From Salpingoeca rosetta (taxonomy: Eukaryota; Protista; Choanoflagellata), in contig JAWQFM010000001.1 in NCBI GenBank assembly GCA_033442325.1, positions 1 to 14,527 of the forward strand: DNA of 14,527 nt. The letters run 5' to 3'. Every line of letters starts with the position of its first letter. Within the stretch, counting starts at the first letter, position 1. Positions 1 to 11,995 of the stretch are shown in pieces. Position numbers and translations under genes: made by a program. The notes below the pieces were generated by a model. That model saw nothing but the letters and a program-made list of their open reading frames with translations. It searched no databases and was not told the origin of the DNA.

Positions 1-146
1 AAAACACATCATGAGTGGGTTGAGGATATCATGTTATACGGGGCGTTAGAGGGATGGCCCAGGTATAACTAGGCCTTACGCTCACACCCACGCGCCTATC
101 GAATATCAGAGTGTCTGATTGACATATGGGCACACGAGTTCCCACA
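1..146. mobile_element. Possible terminus of an LTR or other transposable element
   Basis: Complex, TA-containing sequence ends in ..TTCCCACA (TGTGGGAA.. on the - strand), then switches abruptly to CA/CAC low-complexity DNA. No internal TE gene is in the window. Confidence 0.25.
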
Positions 147-1300
147 TAAGCAGTCACACACACACAGTCACACATGTCATTGCAGAGTGAGACGATGCAC
201 CATGCACACGCATACACAGCAAGCAACACAACCACCACAACCACCACCACAACGACAACATCCCTCTCCCCATCTCCATCCCCCAAAATGCACGGTCACA
301 TGGCCAGACACACAACTGTGGTGGTGATGGTGGCCATGATGAACGCCTTCCTCTCACTTCCCCTCAACCCCTTTCACCAAACACACACACACCATTGCGT
401 GCCCTCACCTCGTGCATCGTGTTGCTGTCGGCGTGGTTGATGGCGACGCACACGCATGCACGCACGCACACACGGCCGTGTGTGTTCCCAGTTGAGATGA
501 GCAACGGAGGGAGAGAAATGGGCGACACGACACGATGGCCAGTCAACCCCAGCCAATCCAATCCAGCATCAACCGCCGTGTGTTGCCTGCTGCAGTCATC
601 ATCACAACCACACAATCACAGGTACAAGCAAAAGGAATGAGCCACTGATGTGTGTGTCATTGTCATGTGATTTTACCACCACACGATTTCACGTGCATGT
701 GCACGCGCACCGCCATCCCCCAACCAACATCATCGCCCTCCACCATCACTTCCCTTCCTCCTCCCTCCTTTCGCTCTGCACTCCCACGTCGCCCAATCAC
801 CACCATCACCGTGTCACTTCCCCTCCTCCCCTGCTTCCCACCACTCGACACAACACGGCCCACCAACCAACCAACCAACCATCAACGGTCATCCTCACCT
901 GTGCTTGATGCAGCCAGCCAGCCAGCCAACGTGCCACAGCGAAGCCAAACAAAAAGGAACCGCAATCATGCCACGGCCAACATCGTCATCGCTGATGGAG
1001 CAGAAAGAGGAGATGAAGGGGGAAGGTGGGCACGGGCCGTGTCCTTCCTTGTCTTCATCGGTGCAGCCCCAAACACGGCGCACAGCGCACACGCACGCGC
1101 ACGGCCATCATCACAGCAGCACCATCAGCAGCGGCGAGCTAGCCTGCCTGCCTGCCTGTGAGGCAAGAAGAAACCAACCAGAGACGAACAAAAATGACCG
1201 GTGATGGTGAGGACAGGAAAGGTGGGACACAAGGGGCCACGCATGGGAATATGCAGCATGTTGTGGGCGGGTGCATCACCTACACACAAGAACAACGAAG

Positions 1301-1330
1301 CAAGCACCCAACAAGCAAGCACCCAACAAG
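1301..1330. repeat. 15-bp direct tandem duplication (CAAGCACCCAACAAG x2)
   Basis: Two exact adjacent copies in a (CAAG)n-rich context. Confidence 0.85.
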
Positions 1331-1667
1331 CAAGCAAGCAGGCACAACATCCACCATATCCACCACTGCTGAAATACCTGTGTTGGCCGCTGTCTCGATC
1401 ACGCCTCAACAACTCCACATCACATGGGGAAGGCTGATGATGATGATGACACGGAGCAAAGGCGATTGGTTGGGAAAAGAAGAAGGAAATTTCGGTTGGG
1501 GAAACCCGCACAACGTCCGCCTGCAGTCACGCACATGCACACATTGAGTTGTGGGATTGGTTCATGTGAGACACACGTCAGTGCAACCACCCCACAGCCA
1601 ATGACTGCTCTGGTGTGTTGGCATGCATGTGTACGTGCGTGCGTGTGAATGTGTACTACCACCCCAT

Positions 1668-1668
<1 letters not shown>

Positions 1669-1720
<52 letters not shown>
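1669..1720. repeat. (CA)n microsatellite
   Basis: Perfect dinucleotide tract. Confidence 0.98.
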
Positions 1721-1721
<1 letters not shown>

Positions 1722-4700
1722 CGGCAGCGTCTCACCTTGTGTCTTCTTTTCTCGCACGGTTGTGTGTGTGCGTGTATCGCCCTGCTCATGTCATGAGGGC
1801 TTGGGAAGAGATCGGCCACCGTCCTGTGCAAATCACACACATGTACACATGCGCAAGCACAAAGAACCAAATCAGCAAGAATGACACCACGCAGTGAGCC
1901 AGTATGGCAGAAACAAACCACATCCACCTCCTTTGTTACATTCACATCACCCACATCACCACCTGTGCACGCACATTTCACATCCCCACACACAGACACC
2001 ATGACCACCGCCACAAGCAGCACATCTGCACATGCGTGTGCGTGCGCAAGTCCACATCCACCACAAACCACTCACCACCAGCAGCAGCGTCTTCATGCGA
2101 GGCAACAGCACATCGACGCACATCACACCCTGTACGTGTGCGTGTGAAGAAAGAGGTGAGTTGTCACAGAATCAGGCTGTCAACGACAACAAACCCCATT
2201 GCCACCACCAACAGACCCAACGACATCCAACCAGCGCTTCATAATCACACACATATACATGCTGTTGTTCACACCCAACACATCACACATCACCACCACA
2301 ACCCCACCCATTCATCTCACCTCCACATCCATGGCTGCAGCCGCTGCTGTTGGTGACCAATGACGACGAAGACGAGGACGAGGAGGAGATGGACGAGAGG
2401 CAGAGGGCCAGTTCATCCAATGCAGCAAGCCATCATCTGTTGCTGTTGTTGTTGCTGGTGGTGGAAACGGTGAAAACAAACGGCCCCTTGCCATGCCGTG
2501 TCCTTTGCTCGCTCGCTCGGCTGCTTGCTTGGTCGGTTGGATGGAGACGATGCATGGGCCTGTGTCCAAATGAATCAAAAAAAGGGGGAACAAAAGACAC
2601 ATGAGTGGACAGAGCGGACAAGGAAAGTGGGAGGCGAAGAAGGAAACACAACATGTCAACCATACACACACTCACACATCTCAGTCGCCCTTCTCACCTC
2701 CATCACTCGTCATCGCCATCATCGTTGGTTCCAACCGCTTCATGCGCCTCCTCAACGCTGTGAAACGTGTGTGCACAGACACAAGATGGGAGAGAATTCA
2801 GGGGGGGGGCGTGAGGTTGACAGCGAAGCATCATCAACCACACGCCAGCCCCATCCAACCACCCGCATTGACACACAACCACACGCACACATGTTGTCCC
2901 CATACACCACCACCAGCATGCACACACACACACATTGCTTACCTCTTCATCAGAGCGAGTGACATGTGCAAGGTCTGCCTCACGCCAGATTGGGGCTGGT
3001 GTCGGCCGGAGTGTGATGGCGGCTGTGCGGTCGATGGCGGTGATGACAGAGGAGCTGAGGTGGAAGAGCGAGAAAGGAGAAAGAAATGGGGAAGGTTGAT
3101 GTTGGTGACGATATGTCGTTCATGGCGGCTTCCTTCCCCTCCTCTGATGTGGCCCTGGTGCCCATGCAACCATCACACGACAACAAGACACAACGATATC
3201 ATCACACACAAGGCACGGGTATGGCATGTGAGCACAGCAGACGCGTTCACCTTCCTGCCCCTCCTCTGTTTTCCTCCTCACTCCATGACACACACACACA
3301 CACCTGCACATGACTGCGTTGCTGTGGTTGAATGTGCCCACCATGACCATGGACGTGTGTGTCCACAGCTGCTCCTCCCGATCCATCATGTGTGCACCGC
3401 CCATCATCCTCCAACGATCCTCAGGCAGTCGCTCCCTGCAGCCACAAGCACACACACACACATGACATGTGAGCTGCACAGCTACACTGGGGTACGAGGC
3501 ACAGCAGCAGCAACAACAAGCACCCACAGCAGCAACACCAACACATGCACCATACGCCAACCAACGCAGCCATGATGGGCTCACCTTGCTCACATGTGGG
3601 AACACTGCATGAGCACAGCAACGGCAGCCGAATCGGGGGAGTTGCAGCAGCAGCAGCCGGCATGCGAGCCCGCTTCCATCAGTACCATCCTGATGTGTGC
3701 TGGTACCTCACCACCTGTGCATATGTGCGTGTGTGCGTGCGTGGTTGCAAGGAATGTGGATGGGAACAGAACACAATAGGCAGACAGCAGGCCATCACGT
3801 CAGCACAGCAGAACGAGTGATTGACATCACACGCACCACGTGTGATCGTGTGTGCGTGTGCGTGTGTGCGTGTCGGTGTGTGACCACCATCCCCCATCAA
3901 CCCTCTTCCCGCGTTCACTTCAGCGCACCCCAGCACCGCCACCCCGCTTCATCACACAACCAACCAACCACCCATCACCACCCACATACCATGTGTGAGG
4001 CGAGTGCACTTGGCACGCGTGGCAAGTATCCTCGACATTTCCCTCATCCTGCTTGTGCGTGCGCATCGCCTGTAAGTGTGTTTGTGTGCAAGCACCAGCA
4101 TGGTGAGTGGGAGGGAAGAGAAAGCATGGATATGTGCGCAGCTACACCGCTGCTGCTGGTACTGCTGGTGTTGTGCATGCATATGTGTGTGAAGAAGAAA
4201 GGGAAGAGAGAGAAAACAGAAAACAGAAGGGAAGGAACAAGACTTGCTGCACCCCATCCTTCCCACCATCCCTCTGCCTCACACCACACACCACCATCCT
4301 CTGTCACCAGCCAGCCAGCCACACCCCACCACACTCACCCAGCATCCCCCACCCCACCTCACCTCATCCCATCCATCCATCCAACACACATGTCCTCTCC
4401 CTTTCCCCTCTTCTTCTCGCCCTCACCACTGCTGCTTCCAGCCGAAAATGCAACTTGTGCTGTCGCTACCTGTTCCCAGCAGCAAACAAACAGCCAGCTT
4501 CCGCCAGCAGCAGCGGGCGATGGGTTGGTTGGGGGATGTGTTCAGCAGCAAGTGATGCTGGTGGTCACGTCCACCTCCTCCTGCACATCTCTGCTGCATC
4601 GGCGGTGGAGGGTGTGTTGGCTGCTGCTGCTGTTGTTGTTGTTGTGATGGCCGTCAGGGAGGGCGAGAAAGAGAGGGGAATATGAGCAGCGGCTGCAAGG

Positions 4701-5253
4701 TGGAGAATGTGCAGGTGTGCAAGCAGTTGTGTGTGTGAGAACGACGAATGAGACAGGCATCACGCAAGGCAAAACAGGCAGCCGCACGACACACATGCAC
4801 ACATTGATGTGGGACAACAAGGGGAGACAGGAGCAACAGAGACAGCGACCACAAAACACGCACACTGGTGCTGTGCTCATCACACACACACGCACATGCA
4901 GTGACGCACTCACGTTGCTCATGGCTTGCTTGTTTGTGGTGTGTGTTGGTGTTGCAGCTTCCACGGCCGCATAAGTGTGGCTGGATGGTCATTACATGGC
5001 AGCGCCCGTCTGTTCATCCCACCAGAGCAGTGGTGATTGGTGCAGGAGGGGGTGGGGGTGACATCTGCTGGTTCAAGGCCCTCTGTGGGGCTGCAGCAAC
5101 AGCAGAAAGAAGGAGAAACAAGTGTGGAAGGTGGTGTTGGTGTTGAGGGTGGGAAGGGAAGAATGTGAGCAAACTCACACGAGAAAATGAGGAGGTGGCG
5201 ATGATGGCGTGTGGGAGGGTGGAGAAGAGAACATGCACGTCGACACACCCACT

Positions 5254-5254
<1 letters not shown>

Positions 5255-5288
<34 letters not shown>
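5255..5288. repeat. (AC)n microsatellite
   Basis: Perfect dinucleotide tract. Confidence 0.97.
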
Positions 5289-5290
<2 letters not shown>

Positions 5291-5733
5291 GTCTGGGTGA
5301 TGCAGTGGTTTGATTACCTGTCATCCGTCAGCATGTAGTCATTTGTTGGTTGGTTGGTGGGGGTCGCCCACTGGCTCACGCATCAGCCAGCACCTGTTGC
5401 TGCTGCTGCTGCTGCTGAAGATGATGATGGAATGCATCCATCTACACGCACCACACACAAACAAGCAAGCAACAACAACAACAGCAGTGAGCAGCGTGTC
5501 ACAGACAGAAGGAGTAGAGACAGGAAGACAGGAGGAGGAGGATGAGCAGAAACACAACCCCGTGCACACACACACACACACATACATTGGCTGTGATGGT
5601 GGTTGATGCCATTCCCCCCTCTCTCTCTCATGTGTGTGCTGCTCACTGGTTGAGAGGTTGCATGCTCCATTCTCAGGGTCGCCGCTGCATGATGGTGGCT
5701 GATGGCAGTTCTTCTGTCACCACACAACGGTGA

Positions 5734-5737
<4 letters not shown>

Positions 5738-5810
<73 letters not shown>
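5738..5810. repeat. (GT)n microsatellite
   Basis: Perfect dinucleotide tract. Confidence 0.98.
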
Positions 5811-5811
<1 letters not shown>

Positions 5812-5989
5812 CTGTGTGTGCACGATGACAGCGTGCGCTGTGTTGTTGTTGTTGATGGTGGTGGTGGTGGTGGTTGCTGTGCGCAGTGTGCAAGGGGAAG
5901 AAGGGGAAGAGGAGGAGCACGAAGTGGGAGGAAGAAGTGGGAGCACTCCATCTCACCCTCACCTGTCGATGGATGGGTCATTCATGTGG

Positions 5990-6470
5990 TCGTTGGTTGG
6001 TTGGTTGGTTGGTTGTGAGTGGTTCATCACGGGAGAAGGAAATGGACAACGATGGATGGAAGGGAGAGAGGATGAAAGGGAGAAAGGGAGGAGAAGGGGA
6101 GAGAGACGGTGCGCACACCCTCCCTGCACATGTGTGCGTGTGCGTGCGTGTGTTTGAATGCGTCAGCGAGAAGGACGACGAAGGGAAGGAACGGAAGGAA
6201 GGAAGGAAGGAAGGAAGAGAAGGAACGTGGCACGCACAACCACCAATGTGTGTGTGTGTGCACGAACCAATGACACATCCTCACCTCCCCCCACCTCACC
6301 TCACCTCACCTCACCTCACCTCATCTCACCTGCTTGTCAGCAGCAGCGACGACGACCATGATCACCATCACCATTCCCACCACCATCACCATCACACACA
6401 GAGCTGCTGCGCAGAAGAAGAAGAATGAAGCAACGGTGAGTGGATTGGTTGGTTGGTTGGTTGGAAAGCA
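5990..6470. repeat. Cluster of short simple repeats: (TTGG)n, (GGAA)n, (CCTCA)n, (CACCAT)n
   Basis: Visible tracts near 5992-6015, 6193-6217, 6294-6325, 6360-6393 and 6445-6464. Confidence 0.85.
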
Positions 6471-6593
6471 GAATCGGTTGTTTGCTCGTTTCTGCTTGCT
6501 GCTGGTGGGTTTTTGGTGTGTGTGGGATTTTCCTCTTCTTCTTGCTTGCTTGCTGGCTCTGCGTTGATAAATTGCTTGTCCTCGGTTTCTGTC

Positions 6594-6712
6594 GGCAACG
6601 TTCATACCAACGGGATCACGCCCGCTCTCGTCCGATCGCGGAAGCTAAGCCCGTTTGGGCCCGTTCAGTACTGCCGTGGGTGACCAGGCGGGAATCACGG
6701 GTGATGTTGCTC
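6594..6712 (+). rRNA. 5S ribosomal RNA gene (complete, about 119 nt)
   Basis: GGCAACGTTCATACCAACGGGATCACGCCCGCTCTCGTCCGATCGCGGAAGCTAAGCCCGTTTGGGCCCGTTCAGTACTGCCGTGGGTGACCAGGCGGGAATCACGGGTGATGTTGCTC follows the eukaryotic 5S consensus (CATACC, GCCCG.TCTCGTC.GATC.CGGAAGCTAAGC, AGTACT, TGGG.GACC, GGGAAT). All five helices pair: I GGCAACGTT/GATGTTGCT; II CCAACGGG/CCCGTTTGG; III CCGC/GCGG; IV CTGCC..TGG-GTGA-CCA..GGCGG with a GNRA loop; V CCCGT/ACGGG. The 3' end is uncertain by 1-2 nt. Confidence 0.97.
6642..6690 (+). promoter_or_regulatory. 5S internal control region (type 1 Pol III promoter: box A, intermediate element, box C)
   Basis: AAGCTAAGC near +50 and GTGGGTGACC near +85 sit at the canonical positions. 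An AT-rich GATAAATT lies at about -28 (6566-6573) in an otherwise TTGC-rich flank. Confidence 0.7.
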
Positions 6713-6715
6713 TCC

Positions 6716-6724
6716 TTTTTTTTT
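6716..6724 (+). terminator. RNA polymerase III terminator (T9) of the 5S gene
   Basis: Nine T residues begin 3 nt after the inferred 5S 3' end; oligo-dT is the established Pol III terminator. Confidence 0.85.
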
Positions 6725-6966
6725 CTCTCTCTTCATATGGGTGGGGTGCTGTTGTGGCTGCTGCGCTGGCTGCTGGTGCTTGCTGTCTCTCCTTCACTTC
6801 CCTCTTCTCCCTTCTCTTGTTGCTTGGCTTGGTTCGGTGTACTTCTTGTTCTTCTTCTTCTTTGCTTGCTGAGCTGACTTGCTTGCTTCGACTTGGGGTG
6901 AAGAGGTGGTGGCCTGTGTTGGCTCATCTCCTCTCTCTCTTGTTGCTTGTCTGTAGCGTTCCTTTG

Positions 6967-6968
<2 letters not shown>

Positions 6969-7010
<42 letters not shown>
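6969..7010. repeat. (AC)n microsatellite
   Basis: Perfect dinucleotide tract. Confidence 0.98.
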
Positions 7011-7013
<3 letters not shown>

Positions 7014-7427
7014 CTGGCTGACATCGTGTCATCTCAACGCGTTTACTTCCATGCACAGACGCAGAGGTAACCACACACAAAGGTAGGCTGAACTATTGAA
7101 CTCGTGACAAAGCTGATCTTGGTTACGCTGTTAGACATCTTCGTCCTCTCCTCCTCCTCCACCTCATCATCATCGTCACACGCAAACACATCACATGGGT
7201 GCATTGTCCTTGGCCGCCTTTCGTCGGTGGGCGGGGGGTGTTGCACCATACAGACTCCTGCATCACATCGTGTGGCGTCTCATTGGGCGTGTCGTACGCC
7301 AGCCCTTCCACTTGCATCTTCCCCCTGCGAGCATTTGCGTGTGTGTGTGCGCATGAAGGTGTTGGTGATGGCAGCGAGGTGTTGTGAGGTGACCGCGCTG
7401 ATTCGCACCTCTGCGCACGATCCCCTG

Positions 7428-7450
7428 CACACACACACACACACACACAT

Positions 7451-7510
<60 letters not shown>
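7428..7510. repeat. (CA)n microsatellite with one interruption, intronic
   Basis: Lies just after the minus-strand donor at 7524. Confidence 0.97.
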
Positions 7511-7514
<4 letters not shown>

Positions 7515-7833
7515 GCAGACATACCTGCCACGCGTTGTCGCCGCAGAACAGGTTGATCCTGGCAGACTCCAGTGCTGACAGCAGCAAATAGCACAGTCAT
7601 GACACACGAGTGGGCAACGGACACGAGAACAAGTGAGCAACGCACACACCACACCACGAACGTCGCCACACTCACTCCAGAACTCCCTGTCCCAATGACT
7701 CACTCCCTCACCTGTGTGCACTTGGGTGGAGAGGGACTTGAAGAACTCCTCAAACATAAACACAACGCGTCTCTGCATCATCTCCACCACCTTATCAGGG
7801 ATTGACCGCAGGATCCTCAGAAGCTGAACACAG

Positions 7834-7834
<1 letters not shown>

Positions 7835-7921
<87 letters not shown>

Positions 7922-7934
7922 GTGTGTGTGTGTG
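7835..7934. repeat. (TG)n microsatellite, intronic
   Basis: Near-perfect tract inside intron 7824-8029 of the exostosin-like gene. Confidence 0.98.
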
Positions 7935-8166
7935 ACATGTAAGCCTTCACCAAACACAATCCTCATCGAAAAGCACACCAGCCCCCACGCATCGCTTCAC
8001 ATGCCCATGTCACCGATCTATCACCACACCTCGAGGAGCCTGTGTTCGGGGAATGCGGGTGCTGAACGTTTCCCAGTCCAGCAGGCCCTGGTAGGGCTGC
8101 AAGCGCGCAAAAAGCAAACACCAGAACATCACGTCACAGCACCATGAGCGAGGGAGGGGTACATCT

Positions 8167-8274
<108 letters not shown>

Positions 8275-8419
8275 AGCGTCATTCATCTACACGCACCAGC
8301 ACGTAGTGATCGACGACAATGACGGGGATGGCACCCGCAGCCACGATCTATGAGGCATGAAAGGGGATGACAGGAGATGGAAGGTGGGTGAGACCACAAA
8401 CAGGGCCGAAATCATCTGC

Positions 8420-8420
<1 letters not shown>

Positions 8421-8482
<62 letters not shown>
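8421..8482. repeat. (AC)n microsatellite starting at the splice donor
   Basis: Perfect tract; its first GT on the - strand is the intron donor. Confidence 0.97.
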
Positions 8483-8483
<1 letters not shown>

Positions 8484-8772
8484 AGGAGTGGTAGCCAAAT
8501 CCTTCCACGATGAGCCCAAACTTGGTCTCCAGCGCCAGATCCGTGTACGTGTGCTTGTTGAACTCTTCCTCTGCCTGCTTACACGAGGGGTCATATCCAA
8601 CCTTCCCCTCACGGCCCATGCGCTCTTTGCCAAACCACCGGCACGCGCACACCAACACAATGTCCCTGCGCATACACAAGCAAACACAAGCGATGTGTGT
8701 GTGTATGTGTGTGTGTGTGAGGTGGATCCAGACAGACACGCACACAGCACCAAAACCAGCTGACTCCACCAC

Positions 8773-8773
<1 letters not shown>

Positions 8774-8806
<33 letters not shown>
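8774..8806. repeat. (AC)n microsatellite, intronic
   Basis: Perfect tract inside intron 8666-8835. Confidence 0.96.
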
Positions 8807-8809
<3 letters not shown>

Positions 8810-10471
8810 CACATCGCACGCGCAGCACACCACACCTGCTGTTGTGCAGCTTGGAGAGGTGGTTGCGCATGGCATCAAGAGCGAGCAGATTTGGTGCCCC
8901 TGCACAACAGGGAAAGAAGACACATGTCAAGCAGCGGCACCACGACAGGTTTGGAGTTAGGTTGCAGTGGCCACAAGAAGGGAGAATGGTGGTGCAGTGA
9001 GCTACACCAACCCCTCAAAACCCAGCAGCAGCAGCAGCAGCAGTGAACATCGAACCCCACATCGCACCACGTCACACCACACATGCATGCACACACCTGA
9101 AGGTGACGAGGTGTTTGCTGTTTGTGCGGGTGGAACGCGTCGCTGTTCTGGTGTGAATGAATGAATGTCACCATGGAGAAGAGTGGCATGGACACATCGA
9201 GGCGGTCACGGTGGTGGAATTCACTGAGGTGGTGTGATGAGATGGAACACACAGGATTGGTAAAGCGTGTAAGCATCAGCAGTCGCACACATGGTGCGTG
9301 CCAACCCCATGTGCACTTCTCTTCCAACACATACACACACACACACACATACCCTGTGTCAGCACCGTGGATTGACGAGGAGGAGGTGATGGACGAGCCA
9401 GGGCATGCGACACAGCAAGCCGTTGCCAGCCAACACACCCACCACCATACCACATCTGGAACGGACAGCATGGTTGTGTCCACTGCACTTGCGGCTGAAT
9501 CAACGATGAGGATGGATGGCGAGTTGCATGGAATGCCGTGGCAGGAAAAAGGTCATTGTCCGCAGCCACGCCGCTGATCCACTTGCATCCGCCGTGTCGC
9601 AGCCCACCAAGCGTGGTGGTGTTCGCTGTATTCGTGCTGCGATCAGTGGTCACACCCGTAGAGGAGGGTGTTGTGAGCCAGCACGCACGCCGCCTGCAGT
9701 GCCCACATGGCTCAACCGGCTCACAGACTGTTGATGGTGGTTGTGTCATCCACTGCCGCTGTCACCGCTGTCACTGCTGCTGCTGTTGTTGATTGGCTGC
9801 TGATGAGCACAGAGGTGGTGGGAGTTGTATCAAAGGGAGGGATGCCGTAGCTGAGGCCGTTGCTGGCGACGACGCCACCAATCCCCAATCGCTGTTGCTG
9901 GTGCCCTGCCGAGTGCATCTTGGATGCTGTTGCCAGACGGTGGGCTGACTGACAGTGTTTGTGACTTGTGTCACACATGTATGCAACGGGCCATGAAGGA
10001 GACTTGGCTGTGGTTGTTCACTGCCTGCCTGCTGGCTGGTTTGCCGTGCACTTGTCATGCTTTTGTCCCAGTCGCAAGCAGCACAGCAGTTGCTACCCTC
10101 TTCCCTTTCGTTCCTCCACGCAGAGCACTGCTCCTTGTCAAGCCGTTTGCCCTGCGCGTGCATGCCTGTGCGTGTCTGTGCGTGTCTGTGCATGTCTGTG
10201 TCTGTGCGTGTGCGTCTGCCTTCCATCAACAGCAGTGAACCCCTTTCAACAACAAAGAAGAAAGTGCTGACTCGGCACAATTCTGTTTGTGTTTGTGTTT
10301 TGTGGGGAAGAAGACAAGAAGGAAGATGCGTGCAACGGCAGTGACAGCGCTGCTGTGGTTGGTGGCAGTGTGCTGTGTGGTTGGTGGCTGTAGGGCTGTG
10401 TGCTGTGTGTGCTGTTCAGCCGCTGTGGCGAGCGTCGTCGTCTCAAGCTCAAGCCCAATGCACCAAGATCA

Positions 10472-10473
<2 letters not shown>

Positions 10474-10549
<76 letters not shown>
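10474..10549. repeat. (GT)n microsatellite starting at the splice donor
   Basis: AAG|GTGTGT... Confidence 0.98.
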
Positions 10550-10551
<2 letters not shown>

Positions 10552-10641
10552 CTACTTGCGTGCGCATCCCCTCGTCCCATCGCTGCTCTCACCTACCAAC
10601 ACCTCTTCCCCCCCCCCCACACACACACTCGCACACACCGC

Positions 10642-10818
10642 GCTGACAATTGGACGTTTGCGTTTGCTGGCAAACATGGCGCAGACATCCATGATGACGC
10701 GTGGGGGGTGTGCCACGCTCTGCTACACCTTCAAATTTTTCGCTCAGCGCTGTTGAATATGGATACAAATGCTTCTTCTGCGAACACCCAAACTAAATTC
10801 CCCCGCGCACTCTCCGCG
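10642..10818 (+). other. Decayed exon encoding part of a WSC-like carbohydrate-binding domain
   Basis: Removing extra T residues at 10651 and 10739 gives ADNGRLRLLANMAQTSMMTRGGCATLCYTFKFSLSAVEYGYKCF(F)C.., matching the WSC pattern CxxD..RxL..MTxxxCxxxC...F...VEYGxxCFC. It ends at a GT donor (10819); no intact AG acceptor is visible upstream. Confidence 0.7.
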
Positions 10819-10853
10819 GTGTGTGTGTGTGTGTGTGTCTGTGGGTGCGTGTG

Positions 10854-10953
10854 NNNNNNNNNNNNNNNNNNNNNNNNNNNNNNNNNNNNNNNNNNNNNNN
10901 NNNNNNNNNNNNNNNNNNNNNNNNNNNNNNNNNNNNNNNNNNNNNNNNNNNNN
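10854..10953. other. Assembly gap (100 N, probably a placeholder of unknown true size)
   Basis: Exactly 100 N directly after a (GT)n tract. Confidence 0.99.
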
Positions 10954-11247
10954 GTCAAAAGTGGGAAGGACATCAGCGCGACGCATGACTCGTGACTTGT
11001 CGCTGTGTTCCCATCCTCCCGATCTTCGTGCACAGCGGCATCAACCGCCACCATCAGTCTCACACAAAACACACCTCCCTCTTCATGCTCACATATGTGT
11101 GCATGGATGCAGGCTCGACATCCCGCCGTATCTGCATCTGGTGGAGACGAACACGGGCCGTAGCCTCTGCGTGCATCATCAGCCAGGAACACGTGTGCCA
11201 CCCACTTTCATTGGCCCCACAGGTCTTGGGCGCAGCCGTCAACCGAG

Positions 11248-11249
<2 letters not shown>

Positions 11250-11334
<85 letters not shown>
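11250..11334. repeat. (GT)n microsatellite starting at the splice donor
   Basis: GGG|GTGTGT..., one GC interruption. Confidence 0.97.
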
Positions 11335-11335
<1 letters not shown>

Positions 11336-11995
11336 CTACGTCTGCTATGTCAGCTTCTTCTTGATCAAAGCTCCTGTCGTTCATTCCCTCCGTCCTCGTC
11401 CCGCCACTGGTCCTTCGCTTCCAGGTCATATCCACGGAGATGCGCGCCTTCAACAATCTCAACTGGCACAGGGGCGGCGGCGTCTTGCAGAAGATCGGAC
11501 TCACAAGTGCCCCCTTCATCACATGTTGCTGACGCTGGAAAACACATCACACCCAGGCGGTCACTCTACAACAGTCGCACGCATTGCCCCCAACCCCCTT
11601 CACACCCACTCACTCACTCACTCACTCGCTCACTTTGCAGGCCCACCCTCTCGCCTTCACTGCGCCCCTCTGAACCTCTGAGACCCCTTCTTTAGCGGCG
11701 AGTACGCTGCTGCTCACGTGACGGGCTGCCAGGACGGCCCAGACAAGAAGTGCAAGAAAATGGCAGCAGGTACGCACACGCATCCAAACTCACACACATG
11801 TGTGTATGCAACCGCCGACAGCTGTGGCAGCGACACCACTTCATTTGTACACATGATGGGGATCGTGTCATTCACACTGCTGTCATCGCTCCATCGCGTT
11901 TAGGTCTCAGGCACGTTGGCGCGCACTCGGTCGAGACAAACCGCATGACATTCAACGGGAACATCTCCACCTTTGATCTCTGGGACACTGAGGTA

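Noticed and set aside
3405-3430. Minus-strand CLRIVGG, resembling a trypsin activation site
   Set aside because: It is immediately followed by a stop codon and no other protease motifs are nearby.
3670-3700. QYHPDVC, resembling a J-domain HPD motif
   Set aside because: The flanking J-domain helices are absent; a short motif match is expected by chance.
29-6600. Dozens of 60-324 aa ORFs, including 2601-3575 and 3697-4647
   Set aside because: They are translations of CA/GT/CAC/CAG simple repeats (poly-HT, poly-CV), open in several frames and strands because stop codons are depleted, with no recognisable domain.
6594-7010. 5S-derived SINE (SINE3) interpretation
   Set aside because: The 5S is full length and immediately terminated by T9; no body, LINE-like tail or target-site duplication is evident.
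7263-7424. In-frame continuation GIVRRGANQ.. after a CAG at 7425 as the last exostosin exon
   Set aside because: The acceptor abuts the microsatellite without a pyrimidine tract and the peptide is uninformative. An alternative acceptor at 7325 is equally plausible, so neither is called.
9500-10280. Ser/Thr/Gln-rich minus-strand ORFs as the exostosin N-terminus or stem
   Set aside because: No transmembrane anchor or family motif could be identified, so they cannot be assigned.
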